Origin: Escherichia phage vB_EcoM_005 | Sequence record: MK295203 | Reading direction: 5' to 3' (one strand) | Length of the DNA stretch: 64,000 nt | In this document: positions 63,377 through 64,000 of the stretch, in pieces | How positions within the stretch are numbered: the first letter of the stretch is position 1 | How the letters are laid out: the number at the start of each line of letters is the position of its first letter | Position numbers and translations under genes: made by a program | The notes under the pieces: model-generated | Databases searched by the model: none | Seen by the model: only the letters and a program-made list of their open reading frames with translations | What the model was told of the DNA's origin: nothing

Positions 63377-63975
63377 AGCGCTTTTTCCATTTCTCTAATT
63401 AAAGCGGAAACAAAGGACTCGATGTCATTAGGGTCTATAATCTTTATTTCGCGCTTATATTCATTTTTACGAATGGCATCCTCGTAAATATCTACTGCAG
63501 CCAAAGGCCCTTCATATTGAGGATAACGTTTTTCGGTATCGCCCTTATCATACCAAGTATAAGGATTTTCCGGGGTATTTACTAGATTCCAGAATTTCTC
63601 ACCCTTTTCATTGACATGATAAAGGACTTGGTTTCCGCCTGCAGTAGCATAACGTTGAATAGCCGCTTGATACGCCGATTCTTGGCCTGTAATCCATCCA
63701 TAATACGGGTCATAGATATTGTTACACATTAAAAGGACCCAATATAATTGCACGTTACCATAAAGTTGATTGGCCAATTCTTCTGGACGAGGGGCCCCAC
63801 TGATGTAATATGTTTTAAGTGTATAATTTTTAGCCACTTTGTTAAAATATTCTTTATAATTTCTAAATATATCAGTCATCGGAACGCTCAGTACATCGGC
63901 ATTGGTTAATGAGCCGGAATCTGGCTTGACTGTTTTTGATTCGTAATTTATAGGGTCGAAAAATGAGAAGAGCAT
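63373..63975 (-). CDS. 53: Baseplate wedge protein gp53
   Basis: 200 aa (T4 196 aa); synteny upstream of gene 5. Confidence 0.8.
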   Translation of the reverse strand: MLFSFFDPINYESKTVKPDSGSLTNADVLSVPMTDIFRNYKEYFNKVAKNYTLKTYYISGAPRPEELANQLYGNVQLYWVLLMCNNIYDPYYGWITGQESAYQAAIQRYATAGGNQVLYHVNEKGEKFWNLVNTPENPYTWYDKGDTEKRYPQYEGPLAAVDIYEDAIRKNEYKREIKIIDPNDIESFVSALIREMEKAL

Positions 63976-64000
63976 AGTGCCTCCGAGTATAAATAATATT

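Noticed and set aside
63987-63994. + strand TATAAATA at the right edge of the window
   Set aside because: It points away from gene 53 toward sequence beyond the window, so its target gene cannot be assessed.

Overview
This window reads as a T4-like (Tevenvirinae) myophage genome segment, co-linear with the T4 map from denA to gene 53. The left ~17.6 kb is an early/middle block on the + strand: denA, rnlA, alc, the pseT cluster, the cd cluster, 31, rIII, nine small 30.x-like ORFs, gene 30 DNA ligase and two tandem Alt-like ADP-ribosyltransferase genes. The rest is the late morphogenesis module, mostly on the - strand: 54-48-29-28-27-51, divergent 26-25, uvsY, uvsW, inh-like, hoc, rnlB, then 24-23-22-21-68-67-20-19-18-17-16-15-14-13-wac-12-11-10-9-8-7-6-5.4-5.1-5-53. 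Six freestanding homing endonuclease genes (four GIY-YIG, two HNH) are interspersed. T4-type early promoters (GTTTAC-N17-TAnnnT) and late promoters (TATAAATA) are readable, as are many GC-hairpin terminators. I found no tRNA, CRISPR array, integrase or clearly novel multi-gene system. The most unusual features are: (1) a rearranged neck-gene locus (13/14) with an inserted GIY-YIG endonuclease, duplicated flanks and fragmented genes; (2) frame disruptions in essential genes (23, 11, 6, 13, 14, denA) plus recurrent ~30-45-codon shortenings relative to T4 orthologs, suggesting assembly error, a chimeric or non-natural sequence, or a defective genome; (3) tandem divergent Alt paralogs. Protein identities rest on my recollection of T4 proteins and on synteny, not on database searches. 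Coordinates follow the supplied ORF track; positions I read from raw sequence may be off by 1-2 nt.
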